Shown piece after piece: positions 14,120 through 26,100 of a stretch of DNA of 64,000 bases. Source of the stretch: Euglena gracilis (lineage: Eukaryota); assembly GCA_039621445.1 (NCBI GenBank), contig CP154954.1, positions 34,569,737 through 34,633,736 of the forward strand, read 5' to 3'. Under the pieces are notes generated by a model that ran no database searches, was not told the DNA's origin, and was given only the letters and a program-made list of their open reading frames with translations. Each line of letters starts with the position of its first letter. Within the stretch, counting starts at the first letter, position 1. Position numbers and translations under genes: made by a program.

Positions 14120-17100
14120 GTAGGGTAACACTGTGGGTAACACAAGGGATTTTGTTATTTTGGGGCCCTGGGACAGTTGAGCAACAAAAGGGATTTGCCT
14201 CCCAAAACGGCTGGGAAACACAAGGGATTTTGTTATTTTGGGGCCCTCGAACAGTTGGGCAACAAAAAAGATTTGCCCCCCAAAACGGCTGGGTTACACA
14301 AGGGATTTTTTTATTTTGGGGCCCTCGAACAGTTGGGCCAGAAAAGGGATTTGCCCCCCAAAACGGGTGGGCAACACAAGGGATTTTGTTATTTTGGGGC
14401 CCTCGAACAGTTGGGCAACAAAAGGGATTTGCCCCCCAAAACGGCTGGGTTACACAAAGGATTTGCCTCCCAAAACGGCTGGGTAACACAAGGGATTTTT
14501 TTTTATTTTGGGGCCCTCGAACAGTTGGGCAAGAAAAGGGATTTGCCCCCCAAAACGGCTGGGTTACACAAAGGATTTGCCCCCCAAAACGGCTGGGTAA
14601 CACAAGGGATTTTTTTTATTTTGGGGCCCTCGAACAGTTGGGCAAGAAAAGGGATTTGCCCCCCAAAACGGCTGGGTTACACAAGGGATTTGCCCCCCAA
14701 AACGGGTGGGTAACACAAGGGATTTTGTTATTTTGGGGCCCTCGAACAGTTGGGCAACAAAAGGGATTTGCCCCCCAGATCAGTTGGGAAACAAAAGGGA
14801 TTTGCCTCCCAAAACGGGTGGGCAACACAAGGGATTTTTTTTATTTTGGGGCCCTCGAACAGTTGGGCAACAAAAGGGATTTGCCCCCCAAAACGGCTGG
14901 GAAACACAAGGGATTTTGTTATTTTGGGGCCCTCGAACAGTTGGGCAACAAAAAAGATTTGCCCCCCAAAACGGCTGGGTTACACAAGGGATTTTTTTAT
15001 TTTGGGGCCCTCGAACAGTTGGGCCAGAAAAGGGATTTGCCCCCCAAAACGGGTGGGCAACACAAGGGATTTTGTTATTTTGGGGCCCTCGAACAGTTGG
15101 GCAACAAAAGGGATTTGCCCCCCAAAACGGCTGGGTTACACAAAGGATTTGCCTCCCAAAACGGCTGGGTAACACAAGGGATTTTTTTTATTTTGGGGCC
15201 CTCGAACAGTTGGGCAAGAAAAGGGATTTGCCCCCCAAAACGGCTGGGTTACACAAAGGATTTGCCCCCCAAAACGGCTGGGTAACACAAGGGATTTTTT
15301 TATTTTGGGGCCCTCGAACAGTTGGGCAAGAAAAGGGATTTGCCCCCCAAAACGGCTGGGTTACACAAGGGATTTGCCTCCCAAAACGGGTGGGTAACAC
15401 AAGGGATTTTGTTATTTTGGGGCCCTCGAACAGTTGGGCAACAAAAGGGATTTGCCCCCCAGATCAGTTGGGAAACAAAAGGGATTTGCCTCCCAAAACG
15501 GGTGGGCAACACAAGGGATTTTTTTTATTTTGGGGCCCTCGAACAGTTGGGCAACAAAAGGGATTTGCCCCCCAAAACGGCTGGGAAACACAAGGGATTT
15601 TGTTATTTTGGGGCCCTCGAACAGTTGGGCAACAAAAAAGATTTGCCCCCCAAAACGGCTGGGTTACACAAGGGATTTTTTTATTTTGGGGCCCTCGAAC
15701 AGTTGGGCCAGAAAAGGGATTTGCCCCCCAAAACGGGTGGGCAACACAAGGGATTTTGTTATTTTGGGGCCCTCGAACAGTTGGGCAACAAAAGGGATTT
15801 GCCCCCCAAAACGGCTGGGTTACACAAGGGATTTGCCTCCCAAAACGGGTGGGTAACACAAGGGATTTTGTTATTTTGGGGCCCTCGAACAGTTGGGCAA
15901 CAAAAGGGATTTGCCCCCCAGATCAGTTGGGAAACAAAAGGGATTTGCCTCCCAAAACGGGTGGGCAACACAAGGGATTTTTTTATTTTGGGGCCCTCGA
16001 ACAGTTGGGCAACAAAAGGGATTTGCCCCCCAGATCAGTTGGGAAACAAAAGGGATTTGCCCCCCAAAACGGGTGGGCAACACAAGGGATTTTGTTATTT
16101 TGGGGCCCTCGAACAGTTGGGCAACAAAAGGGATTTGCCCCCCAAAACGGCTGGGTTACACAAAGGATTTGCCCCCCAAAACGGCTGGGTAACACAAGGG
16201 ATTTTTTTTATTTTGGGGCCCTCGAACAGTTGGGCAAGAAAAGGGATTTGCCCCCCAAAACGGCTGGGTTACACAAGGGATTTGCCTCCCAAAACGGGTG
16301 GGTAACACAAGGGATTTTGTTATTTTGGGGCCCTCGAACAGTTGGGCAACAAAAGGGATTTGCCCCCCAGATCAGTTGGGAAACAAAAGGGATTTGCCTC
16401 CCAAAACGGGTGGGCAACACAAGGGATTTTTTTATTTTGGGGCCCTCGAACAGTTGGGCAACAAAAGGGATTTGCCCCCCAAAACGGCTGGGTTACACAA
16501 GGGATTTGCCTCCCAAAACGGGTGGGTAACACAAGGGATTTTGTTATTTTGGGGCCCTCGAACAGTTGGGCAACAAAAGGGATTTGCCCCCCAGATCAGT
16601 TGGGAAACAAAAGGGATTTGCCCCCCAAAACGGGTGGGTAACACAAGGGATTTTTTTTATTTTGGGGCCCTCGAACAGTTGGCCAAAAAGGGATTTGCCC
16701 AAAACGGGGTGTGCACACAAGGGGGATTTTTTTTTGGGGGCCCTCGAACAGTTAGGCAACAAAAGGGATTTGCCCCCCAAATCAGTTGGGACAAAAGGGT
16801 TGTGCCCCCAAAACGGGTGGGTAACACAAAGGATTTTTTTATTTTGGGGCCCTCGAACAGTTGGGCAACAAAAGGGATTTGCCGCCCAAAACGGCTGGAT
16901 AACGCAAGGGATTTTTTTTATTTTGCCCTGGGATCAGTTGGGCAACAAATGAGATTTGCCTCCCCAAAACGGCTGGGTAACAAAAGGGATTTTTTTTTAT
17001 TTTGGGGCCCTCGAACAGTTGGGCAACAAAAGGGATTTGCCCCCCAGATCAGTTGGGAAACAAAAGGGATTTGCCCCCCAAAACGGGTGGGTAACACAAG

Positions 17101-17400
17101 GGATTTTGTTATTTTGGGGCCCTCGAACAGTTGGGCAACAAAAGGGATTTGCCCCCCAAATCAGCTGGGCAACAGAAGGGATTTGTCCCCCAAACGGGTG
17201 GTAACACAAGGGATTTTGTTTTTTGGGGCCCTCGAACAGTTGGCTAACAAAATGGTTTTGTCCCCCAAAACGGGTGGGCACCACAAGGAATTTTGTTATT
17301 TTGGGGCCCTCGAACAGTTGGGCAACAAAAGGGATTTGCCCCCCAAATCAGCTGGGTTACAAAGGGATTTGCCCCTAAAAACGGTCCGAAAATTTCATTT
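14120..17400 (-). repeat. Satellite array, right arm (reverse complement of the left arm, fewer units)
   Basis: gggattttgttattttggggccctcgaacagttgggcaacaaaagggattt recurs throughout. Confidence 0.97.
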
Positions 17401-18160
17401 TTTTTCTTTGGAGGGGGGGGGGGGGTCGGTGGGGGGGGCGAACCTAAGTCAACCCTGAGGTGGCCGGGGGGGGGAGGGGGTGGGGGGGGGCGGCCCTCAG
17501 TCGACCCTAGGGTTGTAGGGGGGGGAGAGGTCGTGGGGTGGGCCGACACTAAGTAGACCCTAGGGTCGGCCCACAAGGGGTTTCTAGGGTCGCACCCCAC
17601 TCCACAGCCTCGGGGGGGGTCGACCATAGCGACCTTTGGCGACCTTTGGCAACCGTGGGCCGACCCTAGGGTCGGCCCACAACCCCCCCCCCCCAGGCCA
17701 GATCCGGGAGCTGGGGGGGAGGGCCTGGGGGGGGCCGCACCTAAGTCGACCCAAGGGTTGTGGGGGGGGGGAGGTCGTGGGTGGGCCGACCCTGGGGTCG
17801 GCCCACGACCCTAAGTCGACCCTGGGGTCGGCGACCCTAGGGTCGCCCACTAGGGGGGTCCCGGACGGCTCCTTGGGCGACCTTTGGCGACCTTTGGCGA
17901 CCGTGGGCAACCCTAGGGTCGGCCCACAACCCCCCCCCCCCAGGCCAGATCTACCCCCAGTACGTTAGTAGTAAGTACTAACGTACTAGTACGTTAGTAC
18001 TAGTCGGCCGACTACCCCCCCACCCAGTCTACCGCCGGATTGGGACCCGGGGGGGGGGGGGTTCGGCTCAGACCCGCAGCTGTAAAACTCCAAATTTTGT
18101 ACGAAAAATTTTGCAAAAATCTGATGATTTTTGATGTTTGATTTTCCATCCGTTTTGCAG

Positions 18161-18251
18161 GTGTCTGGGCTGGAGTATTGGAGGCAGTACCTTGCTGAGC
18201 CACGGGCTGTGGCCAAGCTGCCCACAGACCTTCCAAGGCCAGACAAATTGC
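18161..18251 (+). CDS. LYS2: LYS2 exon (first visible): [30 protein letters not shown]
   Basis: Pyrimidine tract and ttttgcag acceptor at 18160; condensation-domain-like YW..LPTD.PRP motif. Confidence 0.85.
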
Positions 18252-21200
18252 GTTCAAGCTTTTGTGTTCCCATCGTGATTTTCAAAAATGAGGCATGCGT
18301 GCGGTTTAGGGAAGTTCCAAATGTGGGTCCACTGAAACAGTGTTTCAATGGGTTTGCTGGAAGCCAAAGGCTTGCCCCAGCAGTCATCAAGGTTTGTGGA
18401 GGCCAAGCTGCCCTCCGGCTGCCTCCGATGAAGCCCACCTGGCCTCCCTCTTCGCCCTCCACGTCCACCGGCTGTCGGCGGAGGACGACGTCATCGTTGG
18501 GGCTGCCCTGCCCAGCGTGGGCCCGGCGGGCTGCCCCTCCGCCTGGACTTCAGCAGCAGTTCCCCGGCGGCGGAAGGACGTTCGGACGGGGGGGCGGCGG
18601 CCCAAGGCGCACCTGGAGGTGGCGAAGGACGCGGTGCTGCCCTGGGCAGGGCTGGGTGGGACCGGCGGTGCTCGTCATTCTCACATTCCTCCACCCAGCA
18701 CTGCCGCCGAATGACATCGAGCTGCGGCAGGAGTGAGCCAGGGACACGCAAGTGCCAGCCAACTCCAAACAACCAAATGATGGTTGGTTGGGCCCAACCC
18801 TTGCCTGGGGGGGCAAGCAGCACCAGAACAAAGTTGACCATTTTCCCTGTTAGAAAAACAGGGAGAGGGCGTTCAGGAGCATTTTTGTAAGGCGTAATTT
18901 TTCAATTTTTTTCTTGCATTTTTAAATTTTCAGGCGTATTTTTCTGAGGGAATTCAAGCCACGCCTGTGATTAGTCGGGTGCCTACCTCACGGGGGGGTG
19001 CTAGGGGCAGGCACCCTATACCACCCATCCGACCCCCCCGGGGGGGGGGGTTGGGTTTGGGGGGGGTGCCTGCCCATAGCAGCACCCCTCTGACCGGGGG
19101 CCCAAAAGGCCCTTTCAATGAAAATTTGGGTCCCCCCCGTTCCCCTACCCGGGGGGGGGTGTGCCGATAGGGCAGGCCCTATAAACCCACCACCAGATTA
19201 TTTTGACGAAATTTTCAATTTTTAACGTAAGGTTTTTTGAGGATTAAAAAAAAAGGTTTTTGCACAAAATGGGGTGGGTCGGCCAGACGTGGGCCAGAAA
19301 GTACGGCTCAGGAGCCCCCACGAAAATTTGCGGGCGACAAATGGCCCCTGCTTTTGTGTTGTTTGGAGGCTTCACCTGTGGCCAGCGGGCCGCCTCGTCC
19401 TCCGTTGGCTGTCTCGGGATTTCAATTGGGGGCTGACAGTTTGCACAGCGGCTTGCATTCAAAGCCAACAAAGCCGGCTTCTGATGAGGTGGCCCCCCAC
19501 CACGTGGGGCGGAGGGGACGAGACGGGGGGTGCCCTGGGGGGTGGGCCGGGGTGGGGTCGCTCACATTCTCCGGGGGGCGGGCCGAGCGCATGGTGGCGG
19601 GGGGGGAGGCGTTGGCGGACCGGCAGCGGGGTGGGACTGGGGGGGGGGGGGGGTTTCCACCCGCACCCCCATGACACTGGCTGGGGGGGGGTGGGGGACG
19701 CAGTAGGGGGGTTGGTTTTTTCCAACCCGGGGGGCAGGTAGACATGGGGAGGGGTTTCTGGGGGACTTTTCTTTTTCAGGGTCTTTCATGCTGGGGGTTC
19801 AGCCCCTGCTGGGTCTACCTACCACGGGGGGGTGTGTGGGGCAGGCACCCCCACCCACCCCGGGGGGGGGGGTTGGGTTTTGGGGGGGGGCGGGCCCGGG
19901 GCCGGGGAACAAATTTTCTGGGGGCCCCCGTTCCCCCTGGGGGGGGCTCTAGGCTTGCCGGGGGGGGCCCAGGCATTAGGCGAAATTTCTGGGGTTTTTG
20001 CGTAAGGTGTTTAGGTTTTTTGGGGGCTGTTGTGGTTTTTAAGCGCGAATCGGCCGCCTAAGTAAAAATTAAGTGCCAATCCTCCCCGAATCCGGTGGCA
20101 GTTGCCTGGAAAAACCTCGCGGGCGTGGCGGGACCGAAAACTCTAAAAGTGGGACCTGGGTCACTCCATACGACCCCCCCCCCCCCGGCACTCTTGATGA
20201 CCCGCTTCTGCAGCCCCATCAGCCGCTGATGTTTCAGCACCCACCAGGCTGGCATCCACCTCCCCGGTGCAACAGCACCCACCGAAGCGGCCATGTTATT
20301 CCATGCAATTGGGGCGTGAGACTGGGGGGGCGACCTGGTGCCAGCTCATGGCAACCAACAGCCGAAGAGAGAATAGCCCTCAAACACCCGTTACTTTGGG
20401 TGCAAGGAAGTGGTGAACCATTACCACTCGATTGGTTGCATCAAAGCTGTGGAACTCACTCCCACCAATTCAAATCCTTACGCTTATCTGCCAAACGGAT
20501 GAGGCCAAAACAACAGGCCTTGTGTGCCGGGGAACAGCAGTACAAATGTACACACGTAAGGCAGGAAAATTTTGGCCAGTCACGCCACGTTCAACTGCAC
20601 ATTACACACTACCTCTCTAATGCCAGAAACCTTGGCAAACAATCTGGTTTTCATATTGTTTGTTCACAACCGCTTCTGCATTGACTGGCTTTATGCGGGT
20701 TTCAGACATGCCATTATTTGTTTGCTGCAAAAAATTTTTCTCAGGGAGAATTTTAAGTCATCAAAGGGAAGAAAAACTTCCCAGGGTGATTTTTTAAGGT
20801 TTTTTAAGGTTTTTTAAGGCTTTTTAAGGCATTTGGCATATTTTGGCTTTTAAGGTTTTTAAGGTTTTAAGGCGCCTTTAATGTGGTTAGATTTTAATTA
20901 AGGTTCCCCCTCCCTATCTTTGAATCCTGATTCAAGCCCAATTAAAAAAAATTTTGGTTTTTTTGGTTTGGGTTTTGGGTTCTTGCTGCCAGTCCCCGTG
21001 GTTCCTTAGAAAAATTCGGTCAATTTTGAATTTTTGAATAAAATAGATTTTAAAAAATTTAAGGATTTTAGCCATTGACAAAATTTAATTTGTGTAAATG
21101 GTTTTAAAGAACCCTGATCCTACTGGGGGAACAGGTCGAGTGGACACCCGGAGGTTACCCCCTTATATTTGGCACAAAACAACCGCAAAGTCCTGAAGAA

Positions 21201-23036
21201 TTTTTGGGATCTCAAAATGGTTCCCTGTTCAACTTGCAATGCAAGGCTTGCAATTCCACCGATGAAATCTAGCTCTTTCCTTTGGAACAATCAAGCAATT
21301 GTGTGCCGAGGAAGCGCCACTCTTTACTGCAGTGTTTTCCTCAACGGGCAGTGGTTTAGACGCGGTGTGTGTTTTTTTTTTGCCATACGTTCATGGAGAA
21401 GCCCTGATGACCTGCCCCTCCGTGTGCATTCCTGCGGTTTATGAGAAGCTTTTCATCCATCCCAGGCCATAGGATCCGCCAAGCAATCCACGGTAAGTTA
21501 TGGAGGTGAACAGTGACTCTCTGGTGTCTTATTTGGTCTCTTACTCCCCCAAGCTCAAAAATTCTGTTTTCCGTACATAGCATGCACATTAAGACCACAA
21601 AGACTGTGGGGGTTGAGTTGACCGCTCCATCCCTCACTTTGTTTGCCCAGTATGCGTTGGTCTCTAACCCCAAAGCCTCACATGGTTTAAAGTCGAGCCT
21701 TGCTCTGCGCTTCTCGAGTGATTTGATACAATCAGCGTGCTTCCTCTGTCCATTCTCTCGTTCATTGCAGGAGGGGCAGTCGCCATATGAGTTGCTGCTG
21801 CAAGTAGTGGGAGAGACCCTGTGCCTGCACTACCAGACCGCTTTGTTCACGGCCGAGTTTGTTGCAGACCTGCTGCAGCAATACCTCCTCCTCCTGGAGC
21901 AGTTCAGGCTTTTGCATTGGTTTTTTTAATGCAGATTTTCTTGCCGTTTTGCCGTTCCCATTTTGAATTTTTTTTTTTTTTTCCACCACCATGTTGTTAT
22001 TTCAGCGGTTTTTTGAGTTCTGCTCACACTTCCGAATTTTGAAAAAAAAATGCATCTCTTTGTCTGGCCATTATTGGATTTTTGGCCCAAAAAACATATT
22101 TTATGCTTAAAATAAAACCAAACTCCCAAAATCATGGAAAAAGGTGTTTGCATTTCTCCTCTCCTCGTATCGCCCCTGCAGATCTCATTCCCAATGCCAA
22201 ATCTGAATTCTGGCCTCTAATGAGGAAAATTTGCAATCCACGCACCCTCTTTCTGTCTAACCCGACCCCCCCCACCCTTGTTCATGCCGCATTTGGAATT
22301 GATGAGCAGATGAGCTTGGTTATGACAGAAAGCCTTAAAAAATTGAGGACAATGAAAAAAAAATTTGTGTTTTTGTATTTTGTGTGTGTGTGTGTGTGTG
22401 TGCCAGAAACGGTGGGAATGACAGCAGCAGACAGGACGTGAACCAAATGTGCATCATGCTGGTGAGACAGGGTGCACGATTCTCAGCTCTGGCCTGGCAT
22501 TGACCAGTGCAAACCCCGAGCAGGGGATTTACAGTTACTCCGTCATCACCGCGCAGGCGAAGCAAGTGCTGCCTGATGCCACCGCCCCTCAGGACACAGA
22601 GTTCCCCGGGCCAATCCCACACTGCTTTCATGCGAATGCAGAGAAGCATCCACAGGTCCGTCAGCACTGGTGGTGTGTAGGGCCTCAGAAAATTGATGCA
22701 ATTTCTTGTTGATATGTCGGTAATTGATAACATTCAGAACTAGACACAATTTCAGTTCTGTTCCCGACGTTGTGGGGTGCATGATGTTTGGCAAGGAGGT
22801 GGTGGCCTCGAGGCAGCTACAGTGGGTTCCCTCGACCACTTCCAGCCCGCCAGTCTGGAAAAAAAAGTGCACCACTCCGGAAACACAACCAGCGGCCCCT
22901 GACCTGTCTTCGTGGCTGCGTCACCTCGGGCAAATGCTCTCATGCCCGAAACCGGCGTGGGACACCAGTTCTCTATATAGAAAATTGCTTGACCTGTCAA
23001 AAAACACCCCACCTTCCATTTGGACAACCAAACCCT

Positions 23037-23094
<58 letters not shown>

Positions 23095-23116
23095 TTTTTT
23101 TTTTTTTTTTTTTTTT

Positions 23117-23179
<63 letters not shown>

Positions 23180-26100
23180 CTAAAAAATTTTGCACACTCG
23201 TTTCAAAATTTTTGCCCCCCGTCCAAAAAACGCTGCCCCCTGTCCATTCTCTTTTGCCCAAAAAACCTCGAATTTTTGCCTCTGTCCTCCAAATTTTTGC
23301 CACCTCCAAAAATGTTCTCCCGCCATTTTCAGTTGAAATGTCTGCACAGAATGTTCCACAATGATGCACAGAATGTTCCACCCCTACACACTCACATTGC
23401 TCATTGTGACATTTTAAACACCATTTTTCCATGTTGAAAAAGAAAAAAATTTCAATTTTGATGCAAATGGTGTGGTGTTGTTCAATTGTGCCCAAATCTA
23501 TTTTCACCCAATGAGCTCACAGACGCAGCCAGCGTTTGTGTTGGATGCTTGACTTGGTCAGACGGTCCATGAACCATTGAAACCATTGAAACCGTGTCTG
23601 GGGGCTCCGGTTTCATGCCCGAACCGGCGTCTGGGACGCTGGTTCAGGCAGAAAATTTCTGCCCGAACCGGCGTCCCAGACGCCGGTTCGTGAAGCTAGC
23701 TAGCGTCTAGGGGACCCAAAATAAAAAGTGCCAAAAATTGTTCAAAAAGGGTTTGTAGACATGTGGCATTCAATTTTAGCAGTTTTTGGGTGGTCTTGGG
23801 CCAAAAATTTTTTTTGCAACAATTTTTTCAATTTTGCCGGAAAAAAAAAACGCTCCCCCCCCTGTCTCCCCAAAAACCTCGAATTTTTGTCCTTTTGTCC
23901 ACCCAAAAGTTTTTTTCCCAATACCCAATTTCACAAATTCCAGCGTTAGCCCCAGTGAAAATTATTTTTCGAATGTCTGTCAATTCCACGATTTCATGAA
24001 TTTTTCTGATGTGTTGTTTTGACTTTCCAAGTGAACCATAAAAACGAATTTTTCTGTGTTTCTTGTCGAAGCCAATGACTTGAAATTAATTTTGTTCACC
24101 CATCAAATTTCTCAAGTGCCAAAATTTTTCACCATAATTTATTCAGTTTTTTTCTGTTTGTTTTTTTTGCAATTTCGACGACCACGCAGCATGACAGAAA
24201 TCTAAGGCCATCTGCAGAAAGCCCTTGAGAAGAGCTTTCGATCGATGGGCAACATGGCAGCTGAAAAGTGGAATTTCAGATATGCAAATGGGGTCCGAAA
24301 AATGCGGAAAAATGCGATCGCTGATTTTGAGGGCGCTTTGCAATCTGGCTGAGTTCTGTGGGTACCAAGCGAAAGGTGTTGGCGAGACCTTTCGTTTGAT
24401 ATGCAATATGCAACCTGAGCAGTGGGATTTGACAAATTAGGATGTCAAATTTTGGAATACACGATCGCTGAAAATAAGCGCTGCGTGCATTATGGCCGAA
24501 TCCTGTGGCCATCTGTCGAAAGCCCTTTAAAAGAGCTTTCGATTAATGGGTAACACGCCTTCATAAGTATGAAATCTGCCATTTTTGACCGGCCGGCCAT
24601 TTGGGTCAAAGCCGCCCAAAAACTGCCCCAAACATGGGTATTTTGGGCGAAATTGGCCGTGATTCCCTAGCCGCCGGTTCGGGCATGAAACCGGAGCCCC
24701 CTAGCCACGGTTTCAAAACTGTGTCCCAGACGCCGGTTCGGGCGGGAAACCTGTGCCTGGGACGCCGGTTCGGGCTACCGCCCGAACCAGCGTCCCAGGC
24801 ACAGGTTTCATGCCCGAACCGGCGTCTGGGACACAGTTCTCGATATAGAAAATTTGCCTTGACATGTCAAAAACACCCCACCTTCCATTTGGACAACCAA
24901 ACCCCTTTTTGGCACCTTCATACCCAAAAATGGCCAAAAAACCTGTCCCCTAAAAATAGTACCGAAAATTGGTGCATTTCCACATCCAAAACAGAATTTT
25001 TTGGGCCATTTTTTCAAAAATGGCCCAAAATGTATCCCAAAAAATGTGATGGTCAAGAAAATCCTAACAAAATTCCTTTCAAAAATGAAAAAATGACCAA
25101 TTTCGGACATAAAAAAACACCCAAAAATGCCCACTTTCGGACCAAAAAGCTTTTTTTGTTCAAAAATGGCCCCAAAATGGCCAAAAATAGCCACTTTTTT
25201 GACCTGAAAATCACCGAATTTAGGATGCGTGCCGCCCTTCTCGTGATGGGATGCAACATCATGGATGCAGCCTCCCGATCCAAAGTGGCATAAACCCCCC
25301 CCAAATAATACCCCCCCCCCCAAATAATCCCCCCCCCCCCCTTGGGGTCCGACTTCGGCCGCCGAAATAATACCCCCCCCCCCGGTTTCGGGCCGAAGGC
25401 CCGGATTTTTGACCTGAAAATGTAGGTAAAAATCACAATTTCTGACAACAAATTATGGAAAAAATTGATTTTTCTGGCTCATCTGACCTCCAAAAATGGT
25501 AAATTTCACAAGAAAGTGCAAAAAATGACCCCAAAGGGCGGTTTTGGGTGCTATTTTGGGTTTTACGGGACTTCGGAAAATTTCGAAAATTTTGAAAAAA
25601 TAATACCCCCCCCCCCAAATAATACCCCCCCCCTCGGGCCGCGACTTCGGGCGAAAAAATAATACCCCGGGGGGGGGTATTATTTGGGGGGGGTTTACTT
25701 CCCCGTGACCCCCCCGTGACCCCCCCGTGACCCGCACCACCCCCAAAATTTCACAGAATGCCGAATGATAGTCAATGTTTTCATTTTAAGCACTCAATTT
25801 TTTTCATCTGCCTTGGGGGGGGGTTGGAAGTGGGGGGAGGGGGGGTCCCAGGAGGGGGGGTTGGAACTGTACAGGAGGTTGGGGGAGGGGCGGGGGTCCC
25901 AAGGTTTGACCAACCGTACTGCCTTGTCTCCAACGATATCTATCTGTGAATACAAATAGGTCAAAAAGGCAGTTTTACCACATGGCCTGGGGGGGGGTTT
26001 GTGGGGCCTACCCTATGGTCTGCCCAAAACGTCGCCAAAGGTACGAAGGCAGTGGGATTGGTTCTTTTGTTACCCGTCCCTCTCCTTACAAAGACTCGGA

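Larger units (their letters stand above)
8286..17958. mobile_element. Foldback-like giant palindromic element (~9.7 kb), non-autonomous
   Basis: gctcccggatctggcctggg at ~8288 is inverted at ~17692-17711; arms of tandem repeats in opposite orientation; flanked by the direct repeat agtacgtta (8277-8285, 17959-17967). Confidence 0.8.

Noticed and set aside
8620-17400. CRISPR-like regular spacing
   Set aside because: Intervening segments are a few recurring variants, not unique spacers; no cas genes; eukaryotic context.
8490-17458. Long ORFs (up to 1077 aa) in the satellite
   Set aside because: Translations of stop-poor tandem repeats; the same peptides recur in all frames and mirror across the palindrome.
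22724-23507. Poly-Phe/poly-Lys ORFs; possible retroelement tail
   Set aside because: A 140-nt poly-T tract between repeat modules; no TSD or reverse transcriptase remnant recognised.
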